This document shows, one piece after another, positions 38,401 through 48,336 of a stretch of DNA of 64,000 bases; within the stretch, counting starts at the first letter, position 1; every line of letters begins with the position of its first letter. This DNA is from Gemmatimonadales bacterium. GTDB taxonomy: Bacteria > Gemmatimonadota > Gemmatimonadetes > Gemmatimonadales > GWC2-71-9. A program made the translations under genes and the position numbers. Under the pieces are notes generated by a model. That model was not told the origin of the DNA. It was given only the letters and a program-made list of their open reading frames with translations, and did not search any database. Where the stretch lies: NCBI GenBank assembly GCA_038321865.1, contig JBBQFH010000011.1, positions 4,137 to 68,136 of the forward strand, in the 5' to 3' direction.

Positions 38401-40332
38401 ATGACTCCTGCACCGCCGATCTCGGACGACCACATCCGCAGTGCCTTCGTGCACTCGAGCATCGGGATCGCCCTGGTCGGAACCGACGGGCGTTTCCTCC
38501 AGGTCAACCCCGCGCTCTGCGAGCTGCTCGGCTACGCCGCCGCGGAACTGGTCCAGCTGACCTTCCAGGACATCACCCACCCGGACGATCTCGTGGCCGA
38601 TCTCAACCAGGTGCGGCGGCTCCTGTCCGGCGCGATCGGGCACTACCGGATGGAGAAACGGTACTTCCGTCGCGACGGGCAGGTGGTCACGGTGCTGCTC
38701 AGCGTCTCGCTGGTCCATGGCCCCGACGGCGCACCGCTGCATTTCATCTCGCAGGTACAGGATTTTTCCGAGATGAAGCGTGCCCAGGAGACGATCCGGT
38801 CGGCGGAGCAGCGCTTTCGCGCGATCTTCAACAACACCTTCCAGCTCATTGGACTGCTCCGGCCGGACGGGACGCTGCTCGAAGCGAATGAGACGGCGCT
38901 CCGGCTCGGCGGTTTTTCGCAGGAGGACGCGGTTGGCCGCGCGCTCTGGGATGTGCCCTGGTGGACCGGAGACCTCGAGGCTCAGGCCAGGATCCGCGCC
39001 GCGGTCGCCCGCGCCGCCGCGGGGGAATTCGTCCGGTATGAGACGACGCTCCGGGATGCCGACGGCGAGCTCCGCACCCTGGATTTTTCGCTGAAGCCGG
39101 TGTTCGACGACACCGGCGTCGTCGTCATGCTGATTCCCGAGGGCCGCGACATCAGCGACCGGGTGGCCCTGGAGGCGCAGCTCCGGCAGGCGCAGAAGAT
39201 GGAAGCCGTCGGCCGGCTCGCCGGCGGGATTGCGCACGACTTCAACAACCTGCTGTCGGTCATCACCACCGAGGCGAGCCTGATGTTCAGCGATGCATCG
39301 CTGACCGACTCGCTCCGCGCGGGTGCCGAGGAGATCGTGGCGTCGGCCCAGCGCGGGGCGGAGCTCACCCGTCAGCTGCTGGCGCTTGGCCGGCGTCAGC
39401 TGCTCCAGCCGCGCTTCGTCGAAATGGACGCGCTGGTCAGCGGGATCACGACGATGCTGCGGCGGCTCCTGGGCGAGGATGTCCTGCTCTCGCTGGACGC
39501 CGCCGCGAATCCCGGCCGCATCCGGGTGGATCCGGGCCAGCTCGAGCAGGCGATCCTCAACCTCGCGATCAATGCCCGCGACGCCATGCCCGCGGGCGGC
39601 GAAATCCGGATCGAGACCGGATCGGTGCTGGGTCATGAGGGGAGCGACGGACAGTTCCATGGGGTGCCGGGCCAGCCGTACGTCGTGGTCCGGGTGCGCG
39701 ATACCGGCAGCGGGATCCCCTCCGACGCTCTCCCGCAGATCTTCGATCCGTTCTTTACGACGAAGGAGCCGGGGAAGGGAACCGGGCTGGGCCTTTCGAT
39801 GGTCTATGGCTTCGTGAGCCAGTCATCCGGCTTCATCGAAGTCGATACCGAAGTTGGACGCGGCACGAGCGTCTCGCTGCTGTTTCCGGAACGGGAGGTC
39901 GCCGCCGGCGATTCCGTGCTGGCACTGGCCGGTGACGTGCCGGCCCCGCACGGCACCGAGACCATACTCCTGGTGGAAGACGAGGAACCGGTGCGGCGGG
40001 CCACCCGCCGCCTGCTCGAGCGCCACGGCTACACCGTGCTCGAGGCCGGGTCGGCCGAAGCGGCGCTCGAAATCTGGGAGCGATCGGCCGACGGCATCGC
40101 ACTCCTCCTGACCGACTGGATCATGCCGGGGATGCATGGCCCCGCCCTTGCCGCACGGCTGCGGGCGGAGCGGCCCGCGCTGCGCACCGCGCTGATATCC
40201 GGGTACACCGGCGAGCACGGCGACCGGCGGTTCGAGCTCGCGTCGGACATGCTGTTCATCCAGAAGCCGTTCCTCGCCGGAAGCTTTCTGAATCTGATCC
40301 GGCGCGAGCTGGACCAGCGCCCGGGTAATTGA
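38401..40332 (+). CDS. PAS-PAS hybrid sensor histidine kinase/response regulator
   Basis: [34 protein letters not shown]...GTGLGL, REC (LLVEDE, TDWIMP, QKPF). Confidence 0.93.
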   Translation: MTPAPPISDDHIRSAFVHSSIGIALVGTDGRFLQVNPALCELLGYAAAELVQLTFQDITHPDDLVADLNQVRRLLSGAIGHYRMEKRYFRRDGQVVTVLLSVSLVHGPDGAPLHFISQVQDFSEMKRAQETIRSAEQRFRAIFNNTFQLIGLLRPDGTLLEANETALRLGGFSQEDAVGRALWDVPWWTGDLEAQARIRAAVARAAAGEFVRYETTLRDADGELRTLDFSLKPVFDDTGVVVMLIPEGRDISDRVALEAQLRQAQKMEAVGRLAGGIAHDFNNLLSVITTEASLMFSDASLTDSLRAGAEEIVASAQRGAELTRQLLALGRRQLLQPRFVEMDALVSGITTMLRRLLGEDVLLSLDAAANPGRIRVDPGQLEQAILNLAINARDAMPAGGEIRIETGSVLGHEGSDGQFHGVPGQPYVVVRVRDTGSGIPSDALPQIFDPFFTTKEPGKGTGLGLSMVYGFVSQSSGFIEVDTEVGRGTSVSLLFPEREVAAGDSVLALAGDVPAPHGTETILLVEDEEPVRRATRRLLERHGYTVLEAGSAEAALEIWERSADGIALLLTDWIMPGMHGPALAARLRAERPALRTALISGYTGEHGDRRFELASDMLFIQKPFLAGSFLNLIRRELDQRPGN

Positions 40333-40357
40333 CAGACGAGCCGTTTCGCGCCAATCT
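40329..40357 (+). promoter_or_regulatory. Sigma70-type promoter upstream of the cupredoxin cluster
   Basis: TTGACA-N17-CAATCT, followed by a GGAGG RBS. Confidence 0.55.
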
Positions 40358-40393
40358 GATGCCGACCCACACCCATACCCTTCGGGAGGCACC

Positions 40394-41263
40394 ATGTACC
40401 GGCACGTCATTCCGTCCCTGCTTGCGCTGACGGTCCTCGGCGCGACTGGATGTAGCACGAAGGAGCCGGCAGTCGCTCGGCCCGATTCCGCCGCGGTCGC
40501 GGCCCCGGCGGTTGCGGTCGGCCCCAACGTCGTCACCGTCCACGCGAGCGATTTCAAGTTCGACGCGCCGGACACGATCCCGGCGGGCATGACGACGTTC
40601 CGGCTGATGAACGACGGGCCCGGTCTGCACCACATGCAGATCGTCCGGCTCGACAGCGCCAGGACCTTCGCCGAGTTCCAGCAGGCGCTGGGCAAGCAGG
40701 GCCCGCCGCCGAAGTGGGTGGTCATGGTCGGCGGCCCCAACGCGCCCGAGCCCAGGACCGAGTCCAACGCGACGCTCGACATGCCGGCCGGCAACTACGT
40801 GATGCTCTGCTTCGTCGACATTCCGGGTGGCGTGCCCCACTTCGCGAAAGGGATGGTGAAGCCGATCACGGTAACCCCGTCCAGCGCACCGGCCGTTGCC
40901 GCGCCCACGCCGGACGTCACCATGACGCTCGCCGACTACAGCTTCACCTTGTCGAAGCCGCTCGCCGCCGGGAAACAGTGGATCGAGGTGAAGAACGCCG
41001 GCCCGCAGGCTCACGAAGTCGAGCTGATCAGGCTCGCGCCGGGCAAGACGTCGAAGGACATGCTGGCGTGGATGCAGAAAATGGATGGACCACCGCCGGG
41101 ATCGGCGGTCGGCGGCGTCGCCGGCACCGTGCCGGGGTCGTCACTCTATTTCTCCGCCGACATCACGGCGGGCGACTATCTCCTGGTGTGCTTCGTCCGC
41201 GACATGAAGGATGGCAAGCCACATTTCATGAAGGGGATGATCCAACAGCTCACGGTCAGCTGA
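40394..41263 (+). CDS. Lipoprotein with two cupredoxin-like domains
   Basis: Lipobox ATGC; H...CFVDIPGGVPHFAKGM and H...CFVRDMKDGKPHFMKGM. Confidence 0.8.
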   Translation: MYRHVIPSLLALTVLGATGCSTKEPAVARPDSAAVAAPAVAVGPNVVTVHASDFKFDAPDTIPAGMTTFRLMNDGPGLHHMQIVRLDSARTFAEFQQALGKQGPPPKWVVMVGGPNAPEPRTESNATLDMPAGNYVMLCFVDIPGGVPHFAKGMVKPITVTPSSAPAVAAPTPDVTMTLADYSFTLSKPLAAGKQWIEVKNAGPQAHEVELIRLAPGKTSKDMLAWMQKMDGPPPGSAVGGVAGTVPGSSLYFSADITAGDYLLVCFVRDMKDGKPHFMKGMIQQLTVS

Positions 41264-41280
41264 CCGCGCGGACCCCCGGA

Positions 41281-41308
41281 GGCGGCGTGGGCATGTGCCC
41301 ACCCCGCC
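41281..41308 (+). terminator. Intergenic stem-loop (terminator or mRNA stabiliser)
   Basis: GGCGG-C-GTGGGC-ATGT-GCCCAC-C-CCGCC. Confidence 0.35.
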
Positions 41309-41365
41309 CTGTCGCGCGTCCCCCCGGCTGATGCGCTGTCCTGCACTACCGGTCCGGAGGAACCC

Positions 41366-42358
41366 ATGCGGCGTGCGACGGTGATGCTCGGGGCATTGAC
41401 GGTGCTGGCCACGGGCTGTGGTGGAGGAAGTGATACGGGGCAGGGGCCGGGACCGGGTACTCCCGTCCTGACGAAGGCGCCGAGCCAGAGCGGTGACGGC
41501 CAGGCCGGCATCGTTGGTCAGGCGCTGCCGGCCCCGATGCGCGTCGTCGTGATGCTCGACGGTGCGCCCCAGGCAGGCGCGGCGATCGCGTGGGGCGCCG
41601 GCGCCGGAAGCGTCAGCCCCGCCACCAGCGTGACCGATGCATCGGGGATCGGATCCACGGTCTGGACGCTTGGGACCGTCGCGGGGACGCAGAACGCGCA
41701 TGCCGCGCTCGCCGGCGCGACCGGCTCTCCCGTGGCTTTTACAGCGACCGCCGCGCCAGACGCTGCGTCGGCGATCGCGATTTTCGGTGGCAACGGGCAG
41801 GTCGGGACCACAGGGAGCGTGCTCGCCACGCCGCTGCAGGTTCGTGCCGCGGATCAGTTCGGCAATCCCGTCGCCGGGGTGACCATCGCGTGGGCCGCCG
41901 CAAGCGGAGGCGGATCGGTGGCGCCTGCGACCGCGGTCACCAACAGTCAGGGGATCGCCGCGGCGACACAAACGCTCCCCGCCGCGGAGGGCGCCGCGAC
42001 CGTGACCGCCACCGCGGTGGGGCTGAGCGGTTCACCGCAGACCTTCAGCAACACCGCGGTGCCGCCAGGAAGCGCCAGCGGCGTACAGGTGATCAACAAC
42101 CAGTTCGTCCCGGCCACGCTGACCGTATCCGCCGGGACGACCGTCATCTGGACGTGGGGAACCGGCTCGGTCGGGCACACCATCGTGCCGCAGCCGGATC
42201 CGGGGATTCCCAGCGATCCCGCGCTGCACGACGCGCCGCATACCTATTCGGTCACCTTCACGACGCCGGGCACCTACCGGTACTACTGCGTGCAGCACGG
42301 AGCCGCCGGCACGAACGGAATCCCGACCGGCATGGCCGGCGCGATCATCGTCCAGTGA
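41366..42358 (+). CDS. Lipoprotein with two Ig-like (Big_1-type) repeats and a C-terminal plastocyanin-like domain
   Basis: Lipobox ATGC; SGDGQ/GGNGQ repeat starts; FVPATLTVSAGTTV, GHTI, YRYYCVQH...GM. Confidence 0.82.
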   Translation: MRRATVMLGALTVLATGCGGGSDTGQGPGPGTPVLTKAPSQSGDGQAGIVGQALPAPMRVVVMLDGAPQAGAAIAWGAGAGSVSPATSVTDASGIGSTVWTLGTVAGTQNAHAALAGATGSPVAFTATAAPDAASAIAIFGGNGQVGTTGSVLATPLQVRAADQFGNPVAGVTIAWAAASGGGSVAPATAVTNSQGIAAATQTLPAAEGAATVTATAVGLSGSPQTFSNTAVPPGSASGVQVINNQFVPATLTVSAGTTVIWTWGTGSVGHTIVPQPDPGIPSDPALHDAPHTYSVTFTTPGTYRYYCVQHGAAGTNGIPTGMAGAIIVQ

Positions 42359-43203
42359 GACGCGCCGCCGGGGTGGCGCTGACCGCCGGGGTGCTTTTTA
42401 CCCGCGCGCTCGCCGCGCAGGCCGACTGCTTCCCGGCCACCAACTCGCATGAGGCCCGGACGCTCGCGATCATGTCCCTTCCGCTGGTGTTCAGTGCGGT
42501 TCGGGCACCCGCCGGCGTGCCTCGGCCAACGGTCACTGCGGGGCTCGAGGCGTCGTACGTGCCGGAGCCCGACGCGGTCACCCGGACGCCGACCGTCTGC
42601 CGACCCGGCAAGGGGCCGGAGGAAACCGCGCTGCTCTTCGCGGTGCCCCGGCCGAGGTTTGGGGTGGCGCTTCCCGGCGGGCTGTCGGTCGAGGCGAGCT
42701 GGATCCCGCCGATCCGGATCAATGGCGTGAAGGCAAACCTGGTCGGGTTCGCCGTCGGCGAGACGATGCACCTGGGCCGCGCATGGGTCGCGGTCCGCGC
42801 CCATGCGACGCTGGGCGTCATTCACGCGCCGGTCACCTGCAACACCGACGCGCTCGCCGATCCGGTCAGCGAATGCTTCAACGGCACCCGCTCGAACGAC
42901 AGCTTCCATCCCAACATCTTTGGCGCGGACGCCGCGATCGGCTGGCCCGTCTCCGGCGGGCAACTTCGTCCCTATGTCGGGGCGGGATACAATCTGTTGC
43001 ACCCACGGTTCCAGGTGCACTTCACGAACAGTCAGGGGAGCACCGATACCCGAAAGGTCGAGGTGAATCTCCGGCGGGGCGTGCTGTTCGGCGGGCTGAC
43101 CTGGGCGGCGGCCGCCGCATGGGAAGTGAGTGGGGAAGTTTACGCTGCCCCGGGTGACGCGGTGACGGCCCGCGTGGCGCTTCGAGCTGCGCTGGGGAGC
43201 TGA
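42355..43203 (+). CDS. Exported protein of unknown function, possible outer-membrane beta-barrel
   Basis: GTGA overlap start; signal peptide; alternating beta strands (LRPYVGAGYN, WEVSGEVY); four Cys. Confidence 0.65.
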   Translation: MRRAAGVALTAGVLFTRALAAQADCFPATNSHEARTLAIMSLPLVFSAVRAPAGVPRPTVTAGLEASYVPEPDAVTRTPTVCRPGKGPEETALLFAVPRPRFGVALPGGLSVEASWIPPIRINGVKANLVGFAVGETMHLGRAWVAVRAHATLGVIHAPVTCNTDALADPVSECFNGTRSNDSFHPNIFGADAAIGWPVSGGQLRPYVGAGYNLLHPRFQVHFTNSQGSTDTRKVEVNLRRGVLFGGLTWAAAAAWEVSGEVYAAPGDAVTARVALRAALGS

Positions 43204-43206
43204 TCC

Positions 43207-43770
43207 ATGCGGATTCACGCCTGGTGTCTGGCCATCGTGCTGGCAGGTCCGCTCTCCGGTCAGGCGACTTTGACAGCCGGGCGAGTCATGCACGGCACGC
43301 TCAGCTTCGACGGCCACTCAACGCTGGGGAATTTTGTCGGCGTGACCGACTCCGTGACCGGCGAGGTCCACGGCGGGCCGGCGCTGACCGATGTGCGCGG
43401 CTGGGTGGAGGCGCGGGTCGCATCGCTCCGCACCGGCAACGGCCACCGTGATCGCGACATGAACGCATCCATGGAATCGTCGCGGTTTCCGGCGATGCGC
43501 TTCGATCTCGCGGGGGTGACCCCGGGACCGGTGGTCGGTGACGCCCAGCAGGTGGGGCTCCGGGGCCGGCTGACCCTCCACGGCGTGACGCGCGACGCAG
43601 ACCTGACCGCGACGCTTCACCGCGCGCCCGGCACGGCGCGACTCACCACCAGCTTCCAGCTCAACCTCACCGACTATCACATCGGCGGGCTCACCAAGAT
43701 GCTCGGCGTCCTGCGCATGAACGAGGTCATCGTCGTGCATGTGGACGTCACCTTCGCGGCCTCGCCCTAG
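43207..43770 (+). CDS. YceI family protein
   Basis: LRTGNGHRDRDM, FP, GRLTLHGVTR, DYHI. Confidence 0.88.
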   Translation: MRIHAWCLAIVLAGPLSGQATLTAGRVMHGTLSFDGHSTLGNFVGVTDSVTGEVHGGPALTDVRGWVEARVASLRTGNGHRDRDMNASMESSRFPAMRFDLAGVTPGPVVGDAQQVGLRGRLTLHGVTRDADLTATLHRAPGTARLTTSFQLNLTDYHIGGLTKMLGVLRMNEVIVVHVDVTFAASP

Positions 43771-44951
43771 CGCCGCCGAGCGGCGGAAAACCTGAGCATC
43801 TGCACGGCGTGCGGCGCCACCGTGGCCGCATAGGATCGGGCGAAGCTGCCGAGGTCCGCGTGGGCCCAGAGGTCCCGAACGCGCACCGAGTCGCCGTGAA
43901 GGCCGGTCCGCGAGAAGTACGCGGTGATCTTCGCCGGCGCGGCCGAGCGGTTGAGGAGCGCCACCGCGCGCGAACCGTCGCGGAGCGGTTTGGCCCAGAC
44001 CTGCAGCTCCGGCCCGTCGGTCCACACCAGTATCCCCTGCGCCCCGAGCGAGTCCTGGTCCACGGCGATCACCTCCGCATTGCCCAGGATGGCGCGGGTG
44101 GCGGCGCTCATCGTGCGGAGATCGTTCCCCGCAATCAGCGGCGCCGCCTCGATCGCCCACAGGCTGAAGTGGGCGCGGTATTCATCATCCGTCATGCCGC
44201 CGTTCCCAACCTCGAGCATGTCGGGGTCGTTCCAGGCGCCGGGCTTTGCGGCGGTCCCGTGCTGCGCCGACTGGTCGAGGTTGCCCAGCATCGAGCCCCA
44301 CCGGTCCTCGATGTCGTCGGTCGTGCGCCAGAGATTGCCGGTGGCCGGACCCCATTCCCACGGCTGGTTGGACCCCCACTCGCAGATGCTCAGCACGATG
44401 GCCCGGCCCGAGTGGGCCAGCGCATCGCGGAATCGGGCGTACTGCACTCGGGCGTCGAGCCCTTCGGCGTTGCACCAGTCTTCCTTGACGTAATCCACGC
44501 CCCAGGCCGCGTAGGTGCGCGCATCCTGCAGCTCGTGGCCCAGTGTGCCGGGGCGGCCCTGGCAGGTCTTTCGGCCGGCGTCGGTGTAGATCCCGAACGA
44601 CAGTCCCTGCCGGTGGACGTAATCGGCCAGCGCCTTGATGCCGTGGGGGAAGCGGCTCGAATCGGCGACGATGGTGCCGTCGGCAGCGCGGGCCACCTGC
44701 CAGCAGTCATCGATCACGACATAGCGGTAGCCCGCATCCCGCAGCCCGCTGGCGGCCATCGCATCGGCCGTCTGGCGAATGAGCGAGTCGCTGACGTCAC
44801 AGCCGAAGTGATTCCAGCTGTTCCAGCCCATGGGCGGCGTGCGGGCGAGACGGTTCTCCAGTACGCCGCCCGCTGGTGCGGCCGGCCGACCGGGTAGCAG
44901 GACAGGAGCGAGGAGCAGCAGCAGCGGCGTTGCGCGGATCATCGGGTGCAC
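43767..44951 (-). CDS. GH27 alpha-galactosidase
   Basis: TPPMGWNSWN, IDDCW, WGVDYVKEDWC, SICEWG, WRTTDDI, WNDPDMLEVGN. Confidence 0.95.
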   Translation of the reverse strand: MHPMIRATPLLLLLAPVLLPGRPAAPAGGVLENRLARTPPMGWNSWNHFGCDVSDSLIRQTADAMAASGLRDAGYRYVVIDDCWQVARAADGTIVADSSRFPHGIKALADYVHRQGLSFGIYTDAGRKTCQGRPGTLGHELQDARTYAAWGVDYVKEDWCNAEGLDARVQYARFRDALAHSGRAIVLSICEWGSNQPWEWGPATGNLWRTTDDIEDRWGSMLGNLDQSAQHGTAAKPGAWNDPDMLEVGNGGMTDDEYRAHFSLWAIEAAPLIAGNDLRTMSAATRAILGNAEVIAVDQDSLGAQGILVWTDGPELQVWAKPLRDGSRAVALLNRSAAPAKITAYFSRTGLHGDSVRVRDLWAHADLGSFARSYAATVAPHAVQMLRFSAARRR

Positions 44952-45063
44952 GGGCGGGCCCCTGGAGGAAGTCGGTCGAATGTGGCTCCCGCGGCGTCGG
45001 CCCGCCAGATGCCGGTGTAAGCCCGGTCACCACGCCCCTGCCGGAGGCCAGCCATATTAACGG

Positions 45064-46071
45064 ATGACCCATCATCTGATGAACAGCCGATTCGCGGCGG
45101 CGGCAGCCGCCGCCCTCCTGCTCGCGTGCGGTCCGCGCCGGGAGGCCACCGTGCGCTCCGATTCGCTCTCCGCCACGTCGGCGGCAGCCACGCCGACCGG
45201 GGACAGCGCGGCCCCGGCACCGGCGCCTGCGCCGGCATCGACGCCGGCGGCTCCCGGCGGGGTGCTGGCGCACTATGACCTGACCGCGGCGCCGGCCTGG
45301 GATCACAAGCTGCCGAAGGGACTCGAGGAGATTTCCGGGCTGGCCTTCTCGCCGGACGGGCGCCTGTTCGCGCACGGGGATCAGGACGCCACCATCTGGC
45401 AGCTCGATGCGACCGGCGGCAAGGTGATCAAGACCTTCGGGCTCGCCCCGACCGGGCACGAGCCGGACATGGGCAAAAAGGCGAAGAAGAACGAGGTGGC
45501 GGGAGATTTCGAGGATATTCAGATCGTGGGGGACCGGTTCTTCCTGATTTCGAGCACCGGCACGCTGCTGGAGTTCAAGGAGGGCGGCGACGGCAGCCAC
45601 GTGCCATACACCGCCCGCGAGACCGGACTCGGCGCCTTCTGCGAAATCGAGGGCATGACGTACGACCCCGGCTCACGCGCGCTGCTGATCCTGTGCAAGC
45701 ATCCACACCGGAAGGAATGGAAGGACCAGGTGGTGATCTCCGCGTGGTATCTGGACCGCAACGTGCTGTCCGAATCACCGTTGATCCGCGTGGATTACGC
45801 GAAGCTCGCCGGCCAGACCCACGCCCCGCTGTTCCACGGCTCCGCGATGGCGTTGTCGCCGGATCACAATTCCCTGGTCCTGATTGCCGGTCCGCAGAAG
45901 ACCTTTGCCGAGCTGGCGCTCGACGGCACGATCCTGTCCGCCGGGATGCTCGACGCGGCGTCACACAAGCAGCCGGAGGGCATCGCCTTCGCTCCCGACG
46001 GCACCCTCCTGATCAGCGATGAAGGCGCCGGCAAGCGCGCCACCCTGAGCGGGTACGCGCGGAAGCGCTGA
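45064..46071 (+). CDS. SdiA-regulated/YjiK-like beta-propeller lipoprotein
   Basis: Lipobox LLAC; EISGLA, DFEDI, EIEGM, QPEGIAF...ISDEG. Confidence 0.8.
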   Translation: MTHHLMNSRFAAAAAAALLLACGPRREATVRSDSLSATSAAATPTGDSAAPAPAPAPASTPAAPGGVLAHYDLTAAPAWDHKLPKGLEEISGLAFSPDGRLFAHGDQDATIWQLDATGGKVIKTFGLAPTGHEPDMGKKAKKNEVAGDFEDIQIVGDRFFLISSTGTLLEFKEGGDGSHVPYTARETGLGAFCEIEGMTYDPGSRALLILCKHPHRKEWKDQVVISAWYLDRNVLSESPLIRVDYAKLAGQTHAPLFHGSAMALSPDHNSLVLIAGPQKTFAELALDGTILSAGMLDAASHKQPEGIAFAPDGTLLISDEGAGKRATLSGYARKR

Positions 46072-46081
46072 CCCACGCGAC

Positions 46082-46136
46082 GACGGAGGCGCCAAGGCGG
46101 CGCCTCCGTCATCAGAGCGGCCGGGGAGGCCGCTCT
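46082..46136. terminator. Two tandem hairpins between convergent genes
   Basis: GACGGAGGCGCC-AAGGC-GGCGCCTCCGTC (46082-46110) and AGAGCGGCC-GGGGA-GGCCGCTCT (46114-46136). Confidence 0.65.
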
Positions 46137-46154
46137 TCCATCCAACCCGTCGAG

Positions 46155-46424
46155 CTAGACCCGGCGGCCGCGTCCCGCGACAGCGTGGTAGATCACGAGC
46201 ACCAGCACCGCACCCACCACCGCGACCACGATCGAATAGATGTTGAGGCCGGTCACGCCGCTGTGGCCGAACTGATTGAACAGCCACCCGCCCACGAACG
46301 CCCCGATGATGCCGAGCACGATGTCCATCACGACGCCTTCGCCGGTCTTGTTCACGATCTTGCTGGCGATGAAGCCGGCGATCAAACCGAGCACAAGCCA
46401 CACAACAACAGACGTCATGTCCAT
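46155..46424 (-). CDS. GlsB/YeaQ/YmgE transglycosylase-associated membrane protein
   Basis: WLVLGLIAGFIASKI...DIVLGIIGAFVGG...VAVVGAVLVL. Confidence 0.93.
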   Translation of the reverse strand: MDMTSVVVWLVLGLIAGFIASKIVNKTGEGVVMDIVLGIIGAFVGGWLFNQFGHSGVTGLNIYSIVVAVVGAVLVLVIYHAVAGRGRRV

Positions 46425-46571
46425 AGGTCACCTCGATTGAAGGGCAGCGAACAGGTCAGGCCAGCGGAGTGCAACCTACCGCCTGCCCCCGAGGTCCGTC
46501 AGTGAGGGGGATCACGCAAACAGGGGGGATGCCTCGACGTCGCCAGCGATGAACCCATGGTAAATTGGATC

Positions 46572-48326
46572 ATGCCATTCAATTGCGGATCGGCGCGCCG
46601 CCGGATGGGCGGGGCCCTGCTGATCGGGCTGGCGCCGCTGTCGGCGTCGGGGGCGCAGGGCCGCCCTCCCGGCCGCCCGGCCCCGCTGGAGCGCACCTAT
46701 TCCCTGCTGGCTCGCGAGTTTTCCGGTGACCGGGCACGGGAAACCGTGGCATTCGTGGAACAGTTCTGGCGGCAGCCGGGAAGCACCGGGTTCGATACGA
46801 CGATCAGCCGCGTCGCCGGCGTGCTGGAGCACGCGGGATACGTTCGGGAGGACAGGGCAGGCCCGGCAGCGCCGCTGACCTATCGCATCGAGCACCGGCC
46901 GATGGATGCCCAATCCTGGTCTCCACTGGACGCATCGCTGGCGATCGTCGGCGGTCCGGTGCTGCTCCGCTTCGCCACCAACCGCAACATGCTCGCGATC
47001 GGCTCCTGGTCCACGCCGGACAGCGGCCTGGTCGCCGACGTCGTCGACCTGGCTGCCGTGAGACCCGAGAGCCTGGCCACGGTCGCCGGGAAGGTCGTCT
47101 TTGCCGAAGGCGCCGGGGCGTCGCTCGCCGCTGCCGCCATCCAGCGCGGTGCCGCTGGTGCGCTCATCTACCGGATGCCGGCCTACACTCGGCCGGACGT
47201 CAACCGTACCTCCATCCAGTTCGGCGCCTTCGCCGCTGACTCGGCCCGGGCCACCTGGGGCATCTTCCTCTCCTACGCCGCACGCGGCGCGCTCCGCCAG
47301 GCGCTGGCGGCCGGTCCGGTCCGGGTTCGGGTCCGCACGCGGGTGGATCGGCATCCCGCGGACGAGCTCACGCTGGTAGCCGAGGCGCGCGGCCGGGTGG
47401 CGCCATCCGAGCGGTTCGTGTTCAGCGCCCATGTGCAAGAGCCCGGAGCCAACGACAACGCGAGCGGCGTCGGCACCCAGGCGGAGATGGCCCGGACGCT
47501 GGCGGCGCTGATCCGGCGCGGGCAGGTCCGTCCGGCGCGCACCATCACCTTCATCTGGGGCGACGAGATCCGCGCGGTGCAGCGATACCTGGCGGAGGAT
47601 TCGGTCCGGCGCGCCGGCGTGCGCTTCGGGCTCAGTCTCGACATGGTCGGCGAAGATACGCGGAAAACCGGTGGCACCTTCCTCATCGAGAAGATGCCCG
47701 ACCCGTCGGCCGTGTGGACGCGGGGAGACGATCACCACACCGAGTGGGGAGGATCCCGGCTCACGGTCGCGCAGCTCACGCCGCACTGGTACAACGACTT
47801 CGTGATCGGGCGTTGCGAGGACGTCGCTGCGCGGACGCCCGGCGGTTGGGCGGTGCGGGCCAACCCGTTCGAGGGTGGCAGCGATCACACGCCGTTTCTC
47901 GAGGCGGGGAAACCCGGCCTGCTGATGTGGCACTTCACCGACCAGTTCTACCACACCGACAACGACCGCCTCGGCATGGTGTCCGCCGCCGAAATGCGCA
48001 ACAGCGGCGTGTGCGCACTCGCGGTGGGGATCACCCTCGCCACCGCCGATGCCGCGACCGCCCGATTCATCGTGGCGGGCACCAGGTCCGCCGCCCTCGC
48101 CCGGCTCGGGCGGGAGGCGGTGCTGAGCCGGGACTCGATTGCCCATGGCGGCGACCGGACGGAACAGCGGCAGATCGTCGAGACCTGGGGCGGCTGGTAC
48201 GAAGGCGCGCTGCGCGCCATCACCGACGTGCCCGTGCGCGGCTCGACGCCTGCCCTGCGCGCCGCCATCGATTCGGCGGTCGCCGACGTCCACCGGGCGG
48301 TCGCCAGCCGCCTCGGCTCCCTGTGA
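46572..48326 (+). CDS. M28 family metallopeptidase with PA-like insert (start approximate)
   Basis: SAHVQEPGANDNASG, WGDEI, LDMVG, GGSDH, YHTDND. Confidence 0.88.
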   Translation: MPFNCGSARRRMGGALLIGLAPLSASGAQGRPPGRPAPLERTYSLLAREFSGDRARETVAFVEQFWRQPGSTGFDTTISRVAGVLEHAGYVREDRAGPAAPLTYRIEHRPMDAQSWSPLDASLAIVGGPVLLRFATNRNMLAIGSWSTPDSGLVADVVDLAAVRPESLATVAGKVVFAEGAGASLAAAAIQRGAAGALIYRMPAYTRPDVNRTSIQFGAFAADSARATWGIFLSYAARGALRQALAAGPVRVRVRTRVDRHPADELTLVAEARGRVAPSERFVFSAHVQEPGANDNASGVGTQAEMARTLAALIRRGQVRPARTITFIWGDEIRAVQRYLAEDSVRRAGVRFGLSLDMVGEDTRKTGGTFLIEKMPDPSAVWTRGDDHHTEWGGSRLTVAQLTPHWYNDFVIGRCEDVAARTPGGWAVRANPFEGGSDHTPFLEAGKPGLLMWHFTDQFYHTDNDRLGMVSAAEMRNSGVCALAVGITLATADAATARFIVAGTRSAALARLGREAVLSRDSIAHGGDRTEQRQIVETWGGWYEGALRAITDVPVRGSTPALRAAIDSAVADVHRAVASRLGSL

Positions 48327-48336
48327 CCCCCCGGCC

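Noticed and set aside
46470..46490. Sigma54-like GG...TTGCA upstream of the glsB-family gene (minus strand)
   Set aside because: GG-to-GC spacing is 9 nt rather than the required 10
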